A DNA stretch of 50,498 bases from Oscillospiraceae bacterium (GTDB taxonomy: Bacteria > Bacillota > Clostridia > Oscillospirales > CAG-272), in the NCBI GenBank assembly GCA_015064135.1, contig SVSU01000002.1, positions 1 to 50,498 on the forward strand, written 5' to 3'. Position numbers and translations under genes: made by a program. This document shows positions 1 to 9,405 of the stretch, one piece after another; the first letter of the stretch is position 1; every line of letters begins with the position of its first letter. The notes beneath the pieces were generated by a model, which had not been told where the DNA came from, made no database searches, and saw only the letters and a list, made by a program, of their open reading frames with translations.

Positions 1-1
1 G

Positions 2-1669
2 TTCCTTACCGAAGTCTGCGATGTTGTAATTTCCGAAAACGGCGACGCATATCCCGAGGTGCGCGAAAAGGCTGACTATATCAAGAAGGTTATGTCCATT
101 GAAGAAGAACGCTTCAATGCCACCATTGATGCAGGTCTTGCCATCCTTTCCGATATCATCCACGGCACACTGAAGGAAGGCGTTGACACCATCTCCGGCG
201 AGGACGTGTTCAAACTCTACGATACCTTCGGTTTCCCCATCGACCTGACTCGCGAGATTGCGGAGGAAAGTCACCTCAACATCGACGAGGAGACCTTCAA
301 GAGCCTCATGCAGCAGCAGAAGGTGCGCGCAAGAGAGGCGAGAGCAAATATCTCCGGCTGGAGCGATGCATCAAAGAATCTGCTCACACAGTTCCCGGAA
401 ACCGAATTCACAGGCTACACGGATTACCGTACAGAAGCGAAGATCATCGGCATCCTTGCTGAAGATGAAGCTGTACAGTCCGTTTCCGAAGGCGAGTGCA
501 CTGTCATTCTCGATAAGACGCCCTTCTACGGCGAAGGCGGCGGTCAGGTAGGCGACACAGGTACCATCTATAAGAACGGCGCTATCCTTACCGTTTACGA
601 CACAAGAAAGTCCGACGGCGTGTACATCCACCTCTGCACCGTGGCAAACGGCACATTCAGTGTGGGCGACACCGTTATGGCTGATATCGAAAATATGCGC
701 CGCGAAGCCATCCGGAGAAACCACTCCGCGTGCCACCTCCTGCAGGCTGCACTCCGCGTGGTTCTCGGCTCCCATGTTGAGCAGGCAGGCTCCTATGTTG
801 ACCCCCAGCGCGTTCGTTTCGACTTCACCCACTTCCAGGCACTGACCGCAGAGGAGATCCGCAAGGTTGAAGCCCTGGTAAACGCAAACATTCTCGTCGG
901 CAACGGCATCCGCACCATTGAAACCGATATCGAAACCGCAAAGAAGGAAGGTGCTATGGCACTTTTCGGCGAGAAGTACGGCTCTACGGTCCGCATGGTG
1001 AAGATGGGCGACTTCTCCACAGAGCTCTGCGGCGGTACGCACTGTGATAATACAGCGAAGATCGGTCTTTTCAAGATCGTTTCCGAATCCTCCGTTGCGG
1101 CAGGCGTTCGCCGTATCGAAGGTGTCACCGGTCTCGGCGTGCTTGAGCTCATCGGTGAGCGCGAAGGACTGATTGCAGACACCGCAAAGGCGCTGAAGGC
1201 GCAGAATCCCAACGACATGGCACACCGCGCAGCAGCACTTCAGGGTGAGATCTCCACACTCAAGCGTGAGATCGACAGCCTCAACTCCAAGCTGGCGGCA
1301 AACCGTCTCGGAAGCCTTGTAAGCGAAGCAAAGACAGTCGGCGCCGTTAAACTGATTGCGGCAGACCTTGAGAATGCCGGCATTGACGCGGCAAGAACCC
1401 TCTGCGACTCCATCAAGGACAAGTATTCCGATGCGGTAGCGGTATTCGCCGTACACGATAAGGAAAAGCTGAACTTTGTGGCAGCCTGCGGCAAGGATGC
1501 GGTAAGTGCAGGCGCTCATGCAGGCAACATTCTGAAGGAAGTTTCCGCGGTAACAGGCGGCAAGGGCGGCGGACGTCCCGACAGCGCAACCTCCGGCGGA
1601 CGGGATCTCGACAAGATCGCAGATGCTCTGGCGGCGGCTGAGGCTATTGTTGCAGGTATGCTGAAGTAA
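2..1669 (+). CDS. alaS: Alanine--tRNA ligase, C-terminal part (5' end lies upstream of the window)
   Basis: The frame is open from nt 2 (FLTEVCDVVISENGDAYPEV precedes the first listed Met at 59). The translation carries AlaRS editing-domain motifs (HSACHLL, CGGTHC) and the C-terminal GGKGGGRPD (DHHA1-like) segment. The stop is at 1667-1669. Confidence 0.95.
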   Translation, partial: FLTEVCDVVISENGDAYPEVREKADYIKKVMSIEEERFNATIDAGLAILSDIIHGTLKEGVDTISGEDVFKLYDTFGFPIDLTREIAEESHLNIDEETFKSLMQQQKVRAREARANISGWSDASKNLLTQFPETEFTGYTDYRTEAKIIGILAEDEAVQSVSEGECTVILDKTPFYGEGGGQVGDTGTIYKNGAILTVYDTRKSDGVYIHLCTVANGTFSVGDTVMADIENMRREAIRRNHSACHLLQAALRVVLGSHVEQAGSYVDPQRVRFDFTHFQALTAEEIRKVEALVNANILVGNGIRTIETDIETAKKEGAMALFGEKYGSTVRMVKMGDFSTELCGGTHCDNTAKIGLFKIVSESSVAAGVRRIEGVTGLGVLELIGEREGLIADTAKALKAQNPNDMAHRAAALQGEISTLKREIDSLNSKLAANRLGSLVSEAKTVGAVKLIAADLENAGIDAARTLCDSIKDKYSDAVAVFAVHDKEKLNFVAACGKDAVSAGAHAGNILKEVSAVTGGKGGGRPDSATSGGRDLDKIADALAAAEAIVAGMLK

Positions 1670-1692
1670 TAGCAATAACAATAAAATAAATG

Positions 1693-1738
1693 ACACCCCA
1701 TCGGATGCATTCGCGCAATCGATGGGGTGTGGTGTTTT
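1693..1738. terminator. Hairpin terminator between convergent alaS and phosphoesterase genes
   Basis: A perfect 11-bp stem ACACCCCATCG (1693-1703) / CGATGGGGTGT (1720-1730). It is followed by GGTGTTTTAT on the + strand and preceded by the A/T-rich ATAAAATAAATG, which gives a U-tract on the - strand. Confidence 0.7.
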
Positions 1739-1757
1739 ATAATGGGACAGGAGTGGC

Positions 1758-2456
1758 TCAAACGTAATACTCCCAGGAGTCCTCCAGGCGGAAACAGCCG
1801 AGATTCATGCCGAACCCCGCGCCGCAGTCGATGGCGATATGCCCGTTTCCTTGATATATTTTCCCTTTGTATTTTTCATCTATGCTTGCCGTCGGGGTGT
1901 GTCCCGTTACCAGATAGGCGTTTTTGTAGTATCTTTTTGAGTAATCGGGGCGTTCCGTTACCATCTCGCCTATGTCCTGCTTTGAAAGGGGGAGGCTTCT
2001 TTTTGCATAAGGGATTCCTCCATGGACAAGAATAAAACGTTTATCACCGACGGTTACAATCTCGTACGGTGAAAAATCTTCAAGGTAATCCAGCAGATCG
2101 CTGCGTTCATCGGGAGGAAGGCGCTTGAAGCCGTCGAGGGTGGCCTGACCGCCGTCCGCCTGCCACATGGCGAGGCTTTTCAGAAGCTCCGCATTCAGAG
2201 TATTCTCGCAGTTGTCCTCTGTGACCTCGGTGCAAAGTTTACGAAGCAGCATGAGCGCCGTCATATCATGATTTCCGAGAATGGGAAACACATTATGACG
2301 CATACTAATGTCCCGGAGAAGTTCAACGGACTGCGGTCCCCGATCTACTACATCACCGAGGATATAAAGATCGTCCGTGTCCTTAAAGCGGATGATTTTC
2401 AGCATTTTGAGAAACTTTTCGTATTGACCGTGAATATCAGACATTACATAAGTCAT
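1758..2456 (-). CDS. Metallophosphoesterase (Ser/Thr phosphatase 1 / ApaH-like family)
   Basis: Canonical calcineurin-like motifs are present: SDIHG, GDVVDRGP, GNHD and a later GH. GAGAGGAGCC lies 4 nt upstream of the ATG. Confidence 0.85.
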   Translation of the reverse strand: MTYVMSDIHGQYEKFLKMLKIIRFKDTDDLYILGDVVDRGPQSVELLRDISMRHNVFPILGNHDMTALMLLRKLCTEVTEDNCENTLNAELLKSLAMWQADGGQATLDGFKRLPPDERSDLLDYLEDFSPYEIVTVGDKRFILVHGGIPYAKRSLPLSKQDIGEMVTERPDYSKRYYKNAYLVTGHTPTASIDEKYKGKIYQGNGHIAIDCGAGFGMNLGCFRLEDSWEYYV

Positions 2457-2609
2457 GTGCGGCTCCTCTCTTTTTCAGTAACTCTGAAAGGATATACATT
2501 ATATCACATCTTCTCCCCACTGTCAACATCTGAAAAGAGGGACAATGTCGGCTGACTGTACACTACCCTGTTATCTGAGCCAACCCTCCGTTTTTTGCGG
2601 AGATGGGGT

Positions 2610-4214
2610 TTACTCGGGGTAGTTTTTCAGCCAAAGGTCGGGTGTTTCCTCAAAGTTAAAATCCTCGGGGAAGGGCTTCCACTCGCTCCAGTTTACGTTG
2701 TCCCGTTTTACGTCGTCAAGGAGGCGCTGACCTTCTGCGGCATCGGGCTTCAGCATCAGCTTCATGTACCGCCACTGCATACGGGAGCGCCGGACTGCCT
2801 CAAGCCTGTCTCCTGCCAGCTCCTCCGCCTTGTTCCACCAGCAGTCAATGGTCTCCTCCATGGCTTCATAGCGATCCTTGGGGATGATCTCAAAGGGGGT
2901 ATTCGCAACACGGAAATGGCGTCCTTTGGCTTCCATTACGGTGTAGTCAATATACGCGCGGATGTATCGCCAACCTTCACCGTAATATGCCGCGAGGAAT
3001 TCATCCATGTGGCGGTAGTATTCCGTGGTGGTCATGTAAGGATTCCACATGAGACGGGCAAGGAGATAGCATCGAAGTTCGCCGAATTCACCCGATTTCA
3101 GGCCGTAATAGTTCCCTTCGGGGTAGATGCCCTTGACACCGTGCTCGGCGAAGAAGCGCATATTCTGACGGATGGAATCGAAGTTGGGGAACACGGGGAT
3201 GGAGTGAACGAAGTTTGTTACATAGTCCCATATGTAGATTCGGTCGCAGATTTTGTTCCATTCCGTAATGTCCTCGTAGAATTTCTTGTTCTCGGGGCAG
3301 GTGGGGTCTGATAGAGGGTGGATGGAACAACACTCAAAGGAGCAGAGACGGATGCACACATTGGGACGGGGCTTTGTTATCTTCGGCGGCTTCCTTGTGT
3401 ACACATAGGACAGAGTATCCACGGCAACGTGCGGAAAATCATCCTTTATGGCATCCGCCACGGCATTGACAAAACGGAGTTGAACGCCCATGGGGCTTTC
3501 CTCTTCCTCGGTGATGGCGGCACAGCGTTCACAGGTGCAGTGTGCCAGACCGTCATTCTGGGAAACGGTGATGATGGTGGCGTCGGGGTCGTCCTCCAAT
3601 GCCTCGCGCACTCTTGCGATGGTCTTTTTCAGTATTTTGGGGTCGGAGAGACAGGGTACTTCTTCGTCGGTGAGCACTTTCATGGTGTGGGCAAACCACC
3701 CCTTTGCGTATTTCTGACAGCCGCCCATTTCTTCGGGAAACTCGCGGCGGAGGGGGATGGTTCGGTTGTTGATCTTGTTTTTCACACTCCACGCAAGGTC
3801 GTTGCCGCACATCCAGTCGGACTGACGGAATTCGAGAACGGGGGTGAAGGCACATCCCTCGTCAACAACGATATCTCCCTCGCCTAAAAATTCAAGATCG
3901 GGCATGAAGAATCGGCATCCTGCGTACTTTTCGAGGAATTCATACACACCGTAGATCACACCGCGCCCGTTTCCGCCGAGGATGTAGAGCCCCGTGGTGT
4001 CGCAAACACTGATGCGGTACCCGTCGCGGCCGATGTCGGGGTTGATGCCGAGGTGTATAGGGTAGCTTGTGCCTGCGCTGTCGTTTGCAATACCTGCGAT
4101 TTTGCCGAGATATTTTGCAAGCTCAGCCGCCGCATACTGCTCGGGTTTGCTGTCCCCTGCCGTAATGCTGACTGAGGAGATTTCCGTTCCTTTTATAATC
4201 AGTTTTCTCATCAT
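2610..4214 (-). CDS. DUF4838-like protein (putative glycoside-hydrolase-related), distal tandem paralogue
   Basis: The N-terminus MMRKLIIKGTEI...QYAAAELAKYLGKIAGI and the Cys clusters AHCTCERCAAI and CSFECCSIHPLSDPTC match the DUF4838-type pattern. It aligns along its whole length with the upstream ORF 4240-5823, roughly two-thirds identical by eye. I chose the start at 4214/4211 after the upstream stop (4240). The listed ORF start at 4313 overlaps the upstream gene. No signal peptide is visible. Confidence 0.7.
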   Translation of the reverse strand: MMRKLIIKGTEISSVSITAGDSKPEQYAAAELAKYLGKIAGIANDSAGTSYPIHLGINPDIGRDGYRISVCDTTGLYILGGNGRGVIYGVYEFLEKYAGCRFFMPDLEFLGEGDIVVDEGCAFTPVLEFRQSDWMCGNDLAWSVKNKINNRTIPLRREFPEEMGGCQKYAKGWFAHTMKVLTDEEVPCLSDPKILKKTIARVREALEDDPDATIITVSQNDGLAHCTCERCAAITEEEESPMGVQLRFVNAVADAIKDDFPHVAVDTLSYVYTRKPPKITKPRPNVCIRLCSFECCSIHPLSDPTCPENKKFYEDITEWNKICDRIYIWDYVTNFVHSIPVFPNFDSIRQNMRFFAEHGVKGIYPEGNYYGLKSGEFGELRCYLLARLMWNPYMTTTEYYRHMDEFLAAYYGEGWRYIRAYIDYTVMEAKGRHFRVANTPFEIIPKDRYEAMEETIDCWWNKAEELAGDRLEAVRRSRMQWRYMKLMLKPDAAEGQRLLDDVKRDNVNWSEWKPFPEDFNFEETPDLWLKNYPE

Positions 4215-4239
4215 CACGCACCAAATTCGTTCCTTTCCG

Positions 4240-5823
4240 TTATTTCTTCCAGTTTTGCCACAAATCGGGGGTTTTTGAGAAGTCCACATCGTTGGGGAAG
4301 TCCTTATTTTCACACCAGCGGATGCGGTATTTCTTCACATCGTCAATAAATGCCTGTCCTTCTTCCTCGCTTGGGTGGAGCATCAGCTTGATGTATCGCC
4401 ACTGCATACGGGAGCGCTTCACGGAATCGAGCCTGTCTCCTGCCAGCTCCTCCGCCTTGTCCCACCATGTGTCAATGATATCTTCCATTGCCTCATAGCG
4501 GTCTCTCGGGATAATGCTGAAGGGATGGTCGTAGATTCTCATATGTCTGCCTGCCGTTTCCATAGTGGTAAAGTCTATGAAGGCGCGTATATATCTCCAC
4601 CCATCACCGTAGTATGCCGCGAGGAACTCATCCATATAACCATAGTAATCCGTTGTGGACATATAGGGATCCATCATCAGCTTGGCAAGGAGATAACAGC
4701 GCAGTTCACCGAATTCCCCGGACTGCGGTGAGTTGAAGTTTCCCTCGGGGTACATTCCCTTTACCCCATGGTCGGCAAAGAAGCGCATATTTTCGCGCAG
4801 TACGCCGAAATTCGGGAAGGGGGCAATATAATAAAGGAAGTTTGTTACATAGTCCCAGATGTAAATGTTGTCGGAGAGCTTGTTCCACTCAACAATATCG
4901 CTGCAGAAATGTACATTTTCCGTACAGGTGGGGTCGTTCAAGGGATGGCTGAAGCAGCATTCGATGGAACAAAGGCGGATGCACACATTGTCACGGGGGA
5001 CGGTCAGCTTCGGCGCCTGCCTTGTGTATTGATATGCCAGTGTGTCAACGGTGACATGGGGAAAATCCTCGCGAATATCGTCTGCAACGGCATTGACAAA
5101 GCGGAGCAGAGTTCCCATGTGGCTTCCTTCCTCATCGTCAACGGCTTTGCACTTGTCGCAGGTGCAGAAATTGCGGTTGTCATTCTGGGAGACGGAGATG
5201 ATTGTGGCATCGGGGTCGGAATCGAGAATCTCACGCACTTTCTTTATGGCTTTCGCCAGATTTTCGGGATCGCTGAGACAAGGCTGTTCCCTGTATTGGT
5301 CGGCACCTGTCAAGGTCTCCATGGTGTGTACCCCTGCACCGTCTGCCATTTTGATATAACCGCCCATCTCCTCGGGGATCACGCGGTCGTTGATACCGTT
5401 TTTTACGCGCCATTCCACATCCCGGCCGCACATCCAGTCAGACTGACGGAAATCGATTACGGGAGTATGGGAGAAACCCTCGTCAACGATAATGTCGCCG
5501 CTTCCGTATACTTCAAGTCCGGGTATAAAGAAACGCACGCCTGCGTATTTTTCGAGAAAGGCATAAACGCCGTAGATAACGCCCCGTCCGTTTCCGCCGA
5601 GAATATAAAGTCCTGTGGTGTCGCAGATGCTGATGCGGTATCCGTCACGGTGGAGTCGGTCGTCGATTTTTACGGTAATGGGATAGCCGCCTCCTGTTGT
5701 GATGCCTGCAATTTTGTCAAGATACTTTGCCAGCTCTGCCGCCGCATATTTTTCGGGTGCGCTTTCTCCCGAAGTAATGTTGACAGCGGCGATCTCCGTT
5801 CCTTTGACGATAAGTTTTCTCAT
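4240..5823 (-). CDS. DUF4838-like protein, proximal tandem paralogue
   Basis: MRKLIVKGTEIAAVNITSGESAPEKYAAAELAKYLDKIAGI; NFCTCDKCKAV; CSIECCFSHPLNDPTC. AAAAGGAGAG lies upstream of the ATG. No signal peptide is visible. Confidence 0.7.
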   Translation of the reverse strand: MRKLIVKGTEIAAVNITSGESAPEKYAAAELAKYLDKIAGITTGGGYPITVKIDDRLHRDGYRISICDTTGLYILGGNGRGVIYGVYAFLEKYAGVRFFIPGLEVYGSGDIIVDEGFSHTPVIDFRQSDWMCGRDVEWRVKNGINDRVIPEEMGGYIKMADGAGVHTMETLTGADQYREQPCLSDPENLAKAIKKVREILDSDPDATIISVSQNDNRNFCTCDKCKAVDDEEGSHMGTLLRFVNAVADDIREDFPHVTVDTLAYQYTRQAPKLTVPRDNVCIRLCSIECCFSHPLNDPTCTENVHFCSDIVEWNKLSDNIYIWDYVTNFLYYIAPFPNFGVLRENMRFFADHGVKGMYPEGNFNSPQSGEFGELRCYLLAKLMMDPYMSTTDYYGYMDEFLAAYYGDGWRYIRAFIDFTTMETAGRHMRIYDHPFSIIPRDRYEAMEDIIDTWWDKAEELAGDRLDSVKRSRMQWRYIKLMLHPSEEEGQAFIDDVKKYRIRWCENKDFPNDVDFSKTPDLWQNWKK

Positions 5824-5867
5824 GGCACTCTCCTTTTTGTGATGAAAAATGCATAGGGTTTTTGTTT

Positions 5868-5896
5868 ATTTTAAAATATATTTGTGAATTTTGCAA
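5868..5896 (-). promoter_or_regulatory. Candidate sigma-A promoter of the DUF4838 gene pair
   Basis: On the - strand: TTGCAA (5896-5891), a 17-nt spacer, then TAAAAT (5873-5868), about 45 nt upstream of the ATG at 5823. Confidence 0.35.
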
Positions 5897-5909
5897 TAGG
5901 CGGAGCAAA

Positions 5910-5927
5910 GTTTACATTGTGTTTACA
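5910..5927. promoter_or_regulatory. Direct repeat GTTTACA-N4-GTTTACA (possible regulator site upstream of -35)
   Basis: GTTTACA occurs at 5910-5916 and 5921-5927. The 11-bp period puts both copies on the same helix face, just upstream of the candidate -35 of the DUF4838 operon. Confidence 0.3.
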
Positions 5928-5935
5928 TAATCTTT

Positions 5936-5973
5936 TGACAAAAAAGAAAAGCAGCACTGAAGCACTGCTTTTC
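5936..5973 (-). terminator. Rho-independent terminator of azlCD
   Basis: Stem GAAAAGCAG (5946-5954) / CTGCTTTTC (5965-5973). On the - strand it is followed by CTTTTTTGTC. It lies 10 nt after the azlD stop. Confidence 0.75.
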
Positions 5974-5982
5974 AAGGTTTCC

Positions 5983-6303
5983 TCACAAAACTCCTGCCAA
6001 ATGCATACCAAACTCCACGGCGAGCACCACCGCACAGCCGGCGACGGAGACCACAAACAAACTTTTTCCGCGCCATGCAAGAATGATGTCCACCACCAGC
6101 GCCGCCGATGCCGACCACATACTTTGGGTGGCACCGAGGATGGCAGGAAAGGTCATGACCGAAAGGGTGACATAGGGGACATAGTGGAGGAATGAGCGCA
6201 CCGTCACGTTTTTGATCTCTTTTCGGATGAGAGTCAGGGGCAGAATACGGATGAGCGCTGTCACCCCTGCCATAACCAAAATATATATGTAGATATTATG
6301 CAT
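5983..6303 (-). CDS. azlD: Branched-chain amino acid exporter small subunit AzlD
   Basis: A 106-aa polytopic protein (LIRILPLTLIRK...) of typical AzlD size. Its ATG overlaps the azlC stop (6296-6303), which suggests translational coupling. Confidence 0.8.
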   Translation of the reverse strand: MHNIYIYILVMAGVTALIRILPLTLIRKEIKNVTVRSFLHYVPYVTLSVMTFPAILGATQSMWSASAALVVDIILAWRGKSLFVVSVAGCAVVLAVEFGMHLAGVL

Positions 6304-7039
6304 CCTTTATTTCCTCCTTTTCACCTGAGACGGGGGATTTTTCCTTGACGGGGAAAAGGATCGCCGCGATCAGGGAGATGACAACGGTGAGAAGGATGAT
6401 CTTCACTCCGTCCGTCAGCCACGGCAGGGAGACCTTTGAAAAAAGGAAGGAGGCGGCAAAGCTGACCACAACCAGACCTGCGATGAGACGGTCACTTTTA
6501 GCCGGGGGAATGAAGCTGGCAATGAACATACCGTACAACCCTACACCGAGGGCGCTTACCAGCTGCAGGGGGAGAATGTCACCCACAATAACGCCAAGTG
6601 CCGTACCGAAAGCCCACCCCGGAGCCGCCGCCGCTGCTGCACCGAAGGTGTACCATGGTTTCAGCATACCGGGTTGAGCATAAGATACGCTGAAAATCTC
6701 GTCCGTGATGTAAAAGCCCACAATGAGCCTGTGACGGAGGGGTGTATCGGGGGGCAGCTTCTGGCTGAGTGCGCAGGACATGAGCAGATAGCGCGCGTTT
6801 GCCACAGCCTCCATAATAAGGACTTCAAAATAACCTGCATTTGCCGCAATAAGGGTAAACCCGATATATTCTCCGGCAGAAGCGTTGATGAGTGCGCTTG
6901 TCAGTCCTGCCTGAAACGCAGTAATACCGGCTTCTCTTGCCGCAATGCCGAGGGTGAAGGAGACGGCGAAGTAGCCGAGCATAATGGGTATTCCGTGACG
7001 GAAGCCCAGTTTGAACCATTTCAATCGTTCGTTTCTCAT
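6296..7039 (-). CDS. azlC: Branched-chain amino acid exporter AzlC
   Basis: The N-terminus FKLGFRHGIPIMLGYFAVSFTLGIAA is typical of AzlC, and the protein is polytopic. The start is uncertain. The ATG at 7039 gives 248 aa, and the listed ATG at 7090 has no SD. An AAGGAG lies 18 nt before 7039. Confidence 0.75.
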   Translation of the reverse strand: MRNERLKWFKLGFRHGIPIMLGYFAVSFTLGIAAREAGITAFQAGLTSALINASAGEYIGFTLIAANAGYFEVLIMEAVANARYLLMSCALSQKLPPDTPLRHRLIVGFYITDEIFSVSYAQPGMLKPWYTFGAAAAAAPGWAFGTALGVIVGDILPLQLVSALGVGLYGMFIASFIPPAKSDRLIAGLVVVSFAASFLFSKVSLPWLTDGVKIILLTVVISLIAAILFPVKEKSPVSGEKEEIKDA

Positions 7040-7149
7040 CTTATGTAAGATATGATTCTCCTTTTGCTGAGTTGATTTTATAACAAACATATTATATCAC
7101 GGAACAGGATTTGAAGCAAGAGAAGGGGTTGTTTTTTTTGCCGCAAATA

Positions 7150-7158
7150 TGGTATAAT
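7150..7158 (+). promoter_or_regulatory. Extended -10 element (TGGTATAAT) upstream of ktrB
   Basis: TGgTATAAT at 7150-7158, about 33 nt before the ATG at 7191. No good -35 is present. Confidence 0.4.
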
Positions 7159-7190
7159 ACAGTATATTGATATTTTTCGGAAGGAAAGAA

Positions 7191-8501
7191 ATGAAAAAAG
7201 GAAAAGAATGTCACCTCAAGCTGACGCCGGCGAGGATCATTGCCCTCGGGTTTGCGGCGGTGATTTTTGTCGGCACATTTCTTCTCATGCTCCCCGTATC
7301 GCAGACAGGGAGGACAGAGATCGGATTTCTTGATGCTTTATTCACCTCAACCAGCGCCGTGTGTGTAACAGGATTGAGCACCATTGATGTGGGGTGGGAT
7401 CTGACAACCTTCGGTCAGCTTGTGATGATCCTTCTCATGCAGATCGGCGGATTGGGTATCACCACCATAGGCATCGGCGTGATCGCATTCAGCAGGCGGA
7501 AGATCACCCAGCGTGAAAATCTTATCGTAAAAGAAGCGATAAACTATCCCACCCTGACGGGAATAGGCTCCATGGTGAAGCGAATGCTTATTCTGACCCT
7601 TGCCATTGAGCTTGTGGGCGGTGTGCTCAGTTATATTGTGTTCAGAGAAGATTACACCGTGGGGCGCTCCCTGTGGCTTGCCCTGTTTCACACGGTTGCT
7701 TCCTTCAACAATGCCGGATTTGATATATTCGGAGGCGGAGTCAGCCTGCTGGACTACTCGGGGCATCTTCTTATGAATTTTACCACCGCATTCCTCGTAA
7801 TTGCAGGGGGCTTTGGATTTTTTGTCATGCGTGACCTTTTCGGCAAACGTTCATTCAAGCGTTACTCACTGCATACGAAGGTGGTCATTTCCATGACGGC
7901 CATTCTTCTCGCCGGCGGAACAGTTCTGATTAAGTTGGCGCAAGGGAGTGGAATGACCTGGCTTCAGGCGTTTTTTGCCAGCGTTACCGCAAGAACGGCA
8001 GGTTTTTCCACCTATCCGAACAGCGACTTTACGGGAGCAGGGGCGCTTATTATGATGATACTTATGTTCATCGGCGCATCTCCCGGTTCCACGGGCGGCG
8101 GTATGAAAACGACCACATTTTATGTGCTGATAAAATCCATCATTGCTACCGCTACGGGAAAGGAAGCGGAAGGATTTCGGAAAAAACTGCCTGACGAGGT
8201 GCTGCACAAAGCTTTTGTGATCATTTCTCTCGGAATGTTTGCTCTCATTTCCGTAACCATAGGGCTCGCCCTGCTGGAACCGGATATCCCTCTTCCCGAT
8301 ATTATGTTTGAGACCACATCCGCAATCGCCACGGTCGGGCTGTCTACGGGAATTACCCCTGTGCTTTCAGGAGGATCAAAACTGCTTCTGATCCTTACCA
8401 TGTATGTGGGCAGGCTCGGTCCCATGACCATTGCGACCATGTGGGCAGCCTCAAGAAAAGCGGACATTTCACATCCCGAGGAGAGTTTGCCTGTGGGCTG
8501 A
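7191..8501 (+). CDS. ktrB: K+ uptake membrane subunit, TrkH/KtrB family
   Basis: Four pore-loop glycine motifs are present (TGLSTIDV, NNAGFD, GSTGGGMKTTT, VGLSTGIT). The ATG at 7191 is preceded by GGAAGGAAAG. The listed TTG at 7167 has no SD. Confidence 0.85.
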   Translation: MKKGKECHLKLTPARIIALGFAAVIFVGTFLLMLPVSQTGRTEIGFLDALFTSTSAVCVTGLSTIDVGWDLTTFGQLVMILLMQIGGLGITTIGIGVIAFSRRKITQRENLIVKEAINYPTLTGIGSMVKRMLILTLAIELVGGVLSYIVFREDYTVGRSLWLALFHTVASFNNAGFDIFGGGVSLLDYSGHLLMNFTTAFLVIAGGFGFFVMRDLFGKRSFKRYSLHTKVVISMTAILLAGGTVLIKLAQGSGMTWLQAFFASVTARTAGFSTYPNSDFTGAGALIMMILMFIGASPGSTGGGMKTTTFYVLIKSIIATATGKEAEGFRKKLPDEVLHKAFVIISLGMFALISVTIGLALLEPDIPLPDIMFETTSAIATVGLSTGITPVLSGGSKLLLILTMYVGRLGPMTIATMWAASRKADISHPEESLPVG

Positions 8502-8536
8502 TAAAAACGGAACAAACGGAAAGGATGGTTTAAGCC

Positions 8537-9214
8537 ATGTCAATAAAGAAAAAAAGAGAAAAAAAACTATACGGTGTTATCGGCCTCGGCAGATTCGGAT
8601 TTGCTTTGGCAGAATCGATTGCCAAAACGGGCGAGGACGTACTTGCCATTGATAAGGATCAGGGAAAGGTGACCTCGGCGGCAGAATTTACGGATAACGC
8701 ATACCGTGTAGGGGAGCTGACCCGAGAGAGTCTGGAGGCGGTGGGGATTGCCAACTGCGATGTTGTCATTGTCGCCATCGGAGATAAACTGGACACCAGC
8801 CTGCTCACCACCATGAACGTATTGAAACTGGGGGTCGAGCGTGTGATCTCCAAGGCGCAGACGGCAGATCAGGGAGCCCTTCTTGAGCTGATGGGAGCAG
8901 AGGTTGTGTACCCCGAGCACGATATGGCGGTCCGTCTTGCAAGAAAACTGACTGCGCCCAATATACTTGAATATATTTCCCTGAGTGATGAGATCGATAT
9001 TGTGGAGATCAAGCTGACGAAAAAGACGGAAGGAAAGACGGTACTGGAGCTGAATGTGAGAGGCGCGTTCGGACTCAATATCATTGCTGTGAAGCACAAG
9101 GACAAGATCACGACGGATATCTCACCCAAAACTGTTTTTTCGGCGGATGATACGATCACAGTTATCGGAAAAAAGGAATCCATCAGACGATTCAGAGAGT
9201 ATGTGGGTGTGTGA
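8537..9214 (+). CDS. ktrA: K+ uptake regulatory subunit, TrkA/KtrA (RCK) family
   Basis: Rossmann motif GVIGLGRFG, TrkA-N plus TrkA-C organisation, and a position directly downstream of ktrB. Confidence 0.85.
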   Translation: MSIKKKREKKLYGVIGLGRFGFALAESIAKTGEDVLAIDKDQGKVTSAAEFTDNAYRVGELTRESLEAVGIANCDVVIVAIGDKLDTSLLTTMNVLKLGVERVISKAQTADQGALLELMGAEVVYPEHDMAVRLARKLTAPNILEYISLSDEIDIVEIKLTKKTEGKTVLELNVRGAFGLNIIAVKHKDKITTDISPKTVFSADDTITVIGKKESIRRFREYVGV

Positions 9215-9236
9215 GAACGGAAATACGAAAATATCA

Positions 9237-9266
9237 TTGACAATCCACGGCAAAAAGTGATATAAT
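9237..9266 (+). promoter_or_regulatory. Near-consensus sigma-A promoter of pduL
   Basis: TTGACA (9237-9242), an 18-nt spacer, then TATAAT (9261-9266). This leaves a leader of about 130 nt before the ATG at 9406. Confidence 0.65.
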
Positions 9267-9405
9267 AAAGGTAACATCGACTTTGGGAGAACAGTGCCGT
9301 TTTCAAACGGAGCCGTTTTCGTGAGGTCGGCATACATAACAAATTACATTACTAAAATATCGCCTTCGGTATACTTCTGTCGGCGAATACGGAGGAAAAT
9401 ACATC

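Noticed and set aside
371-1696. A 441-aa ORF on the - strand, antisense to alaS.
   Set aside because: It lies entirely inside the well-supported alaS frame. The product is Cys/Ala/Val-rich and low in complexity, with no start context. It is a typical antisense shadow ORF.
2595-5856. + strand ORFs (238, 189 and 362 aa) opposite the DUF4838 paralogues.
   Set aside because: They are antisense to two mutually homologous, clearly coding genes. The products are low in complexity and have no motifs.
7091-7190. c-di-AMP (ydaO/kimA-type) riboswitch upstream of ktrB.
   Set aside because: The intergenic region is only about 100 nt and is shared with the divergent azlC promoter. None of the conserved pseudo-symmetric ACGR/GGGGA-type elements are visible.
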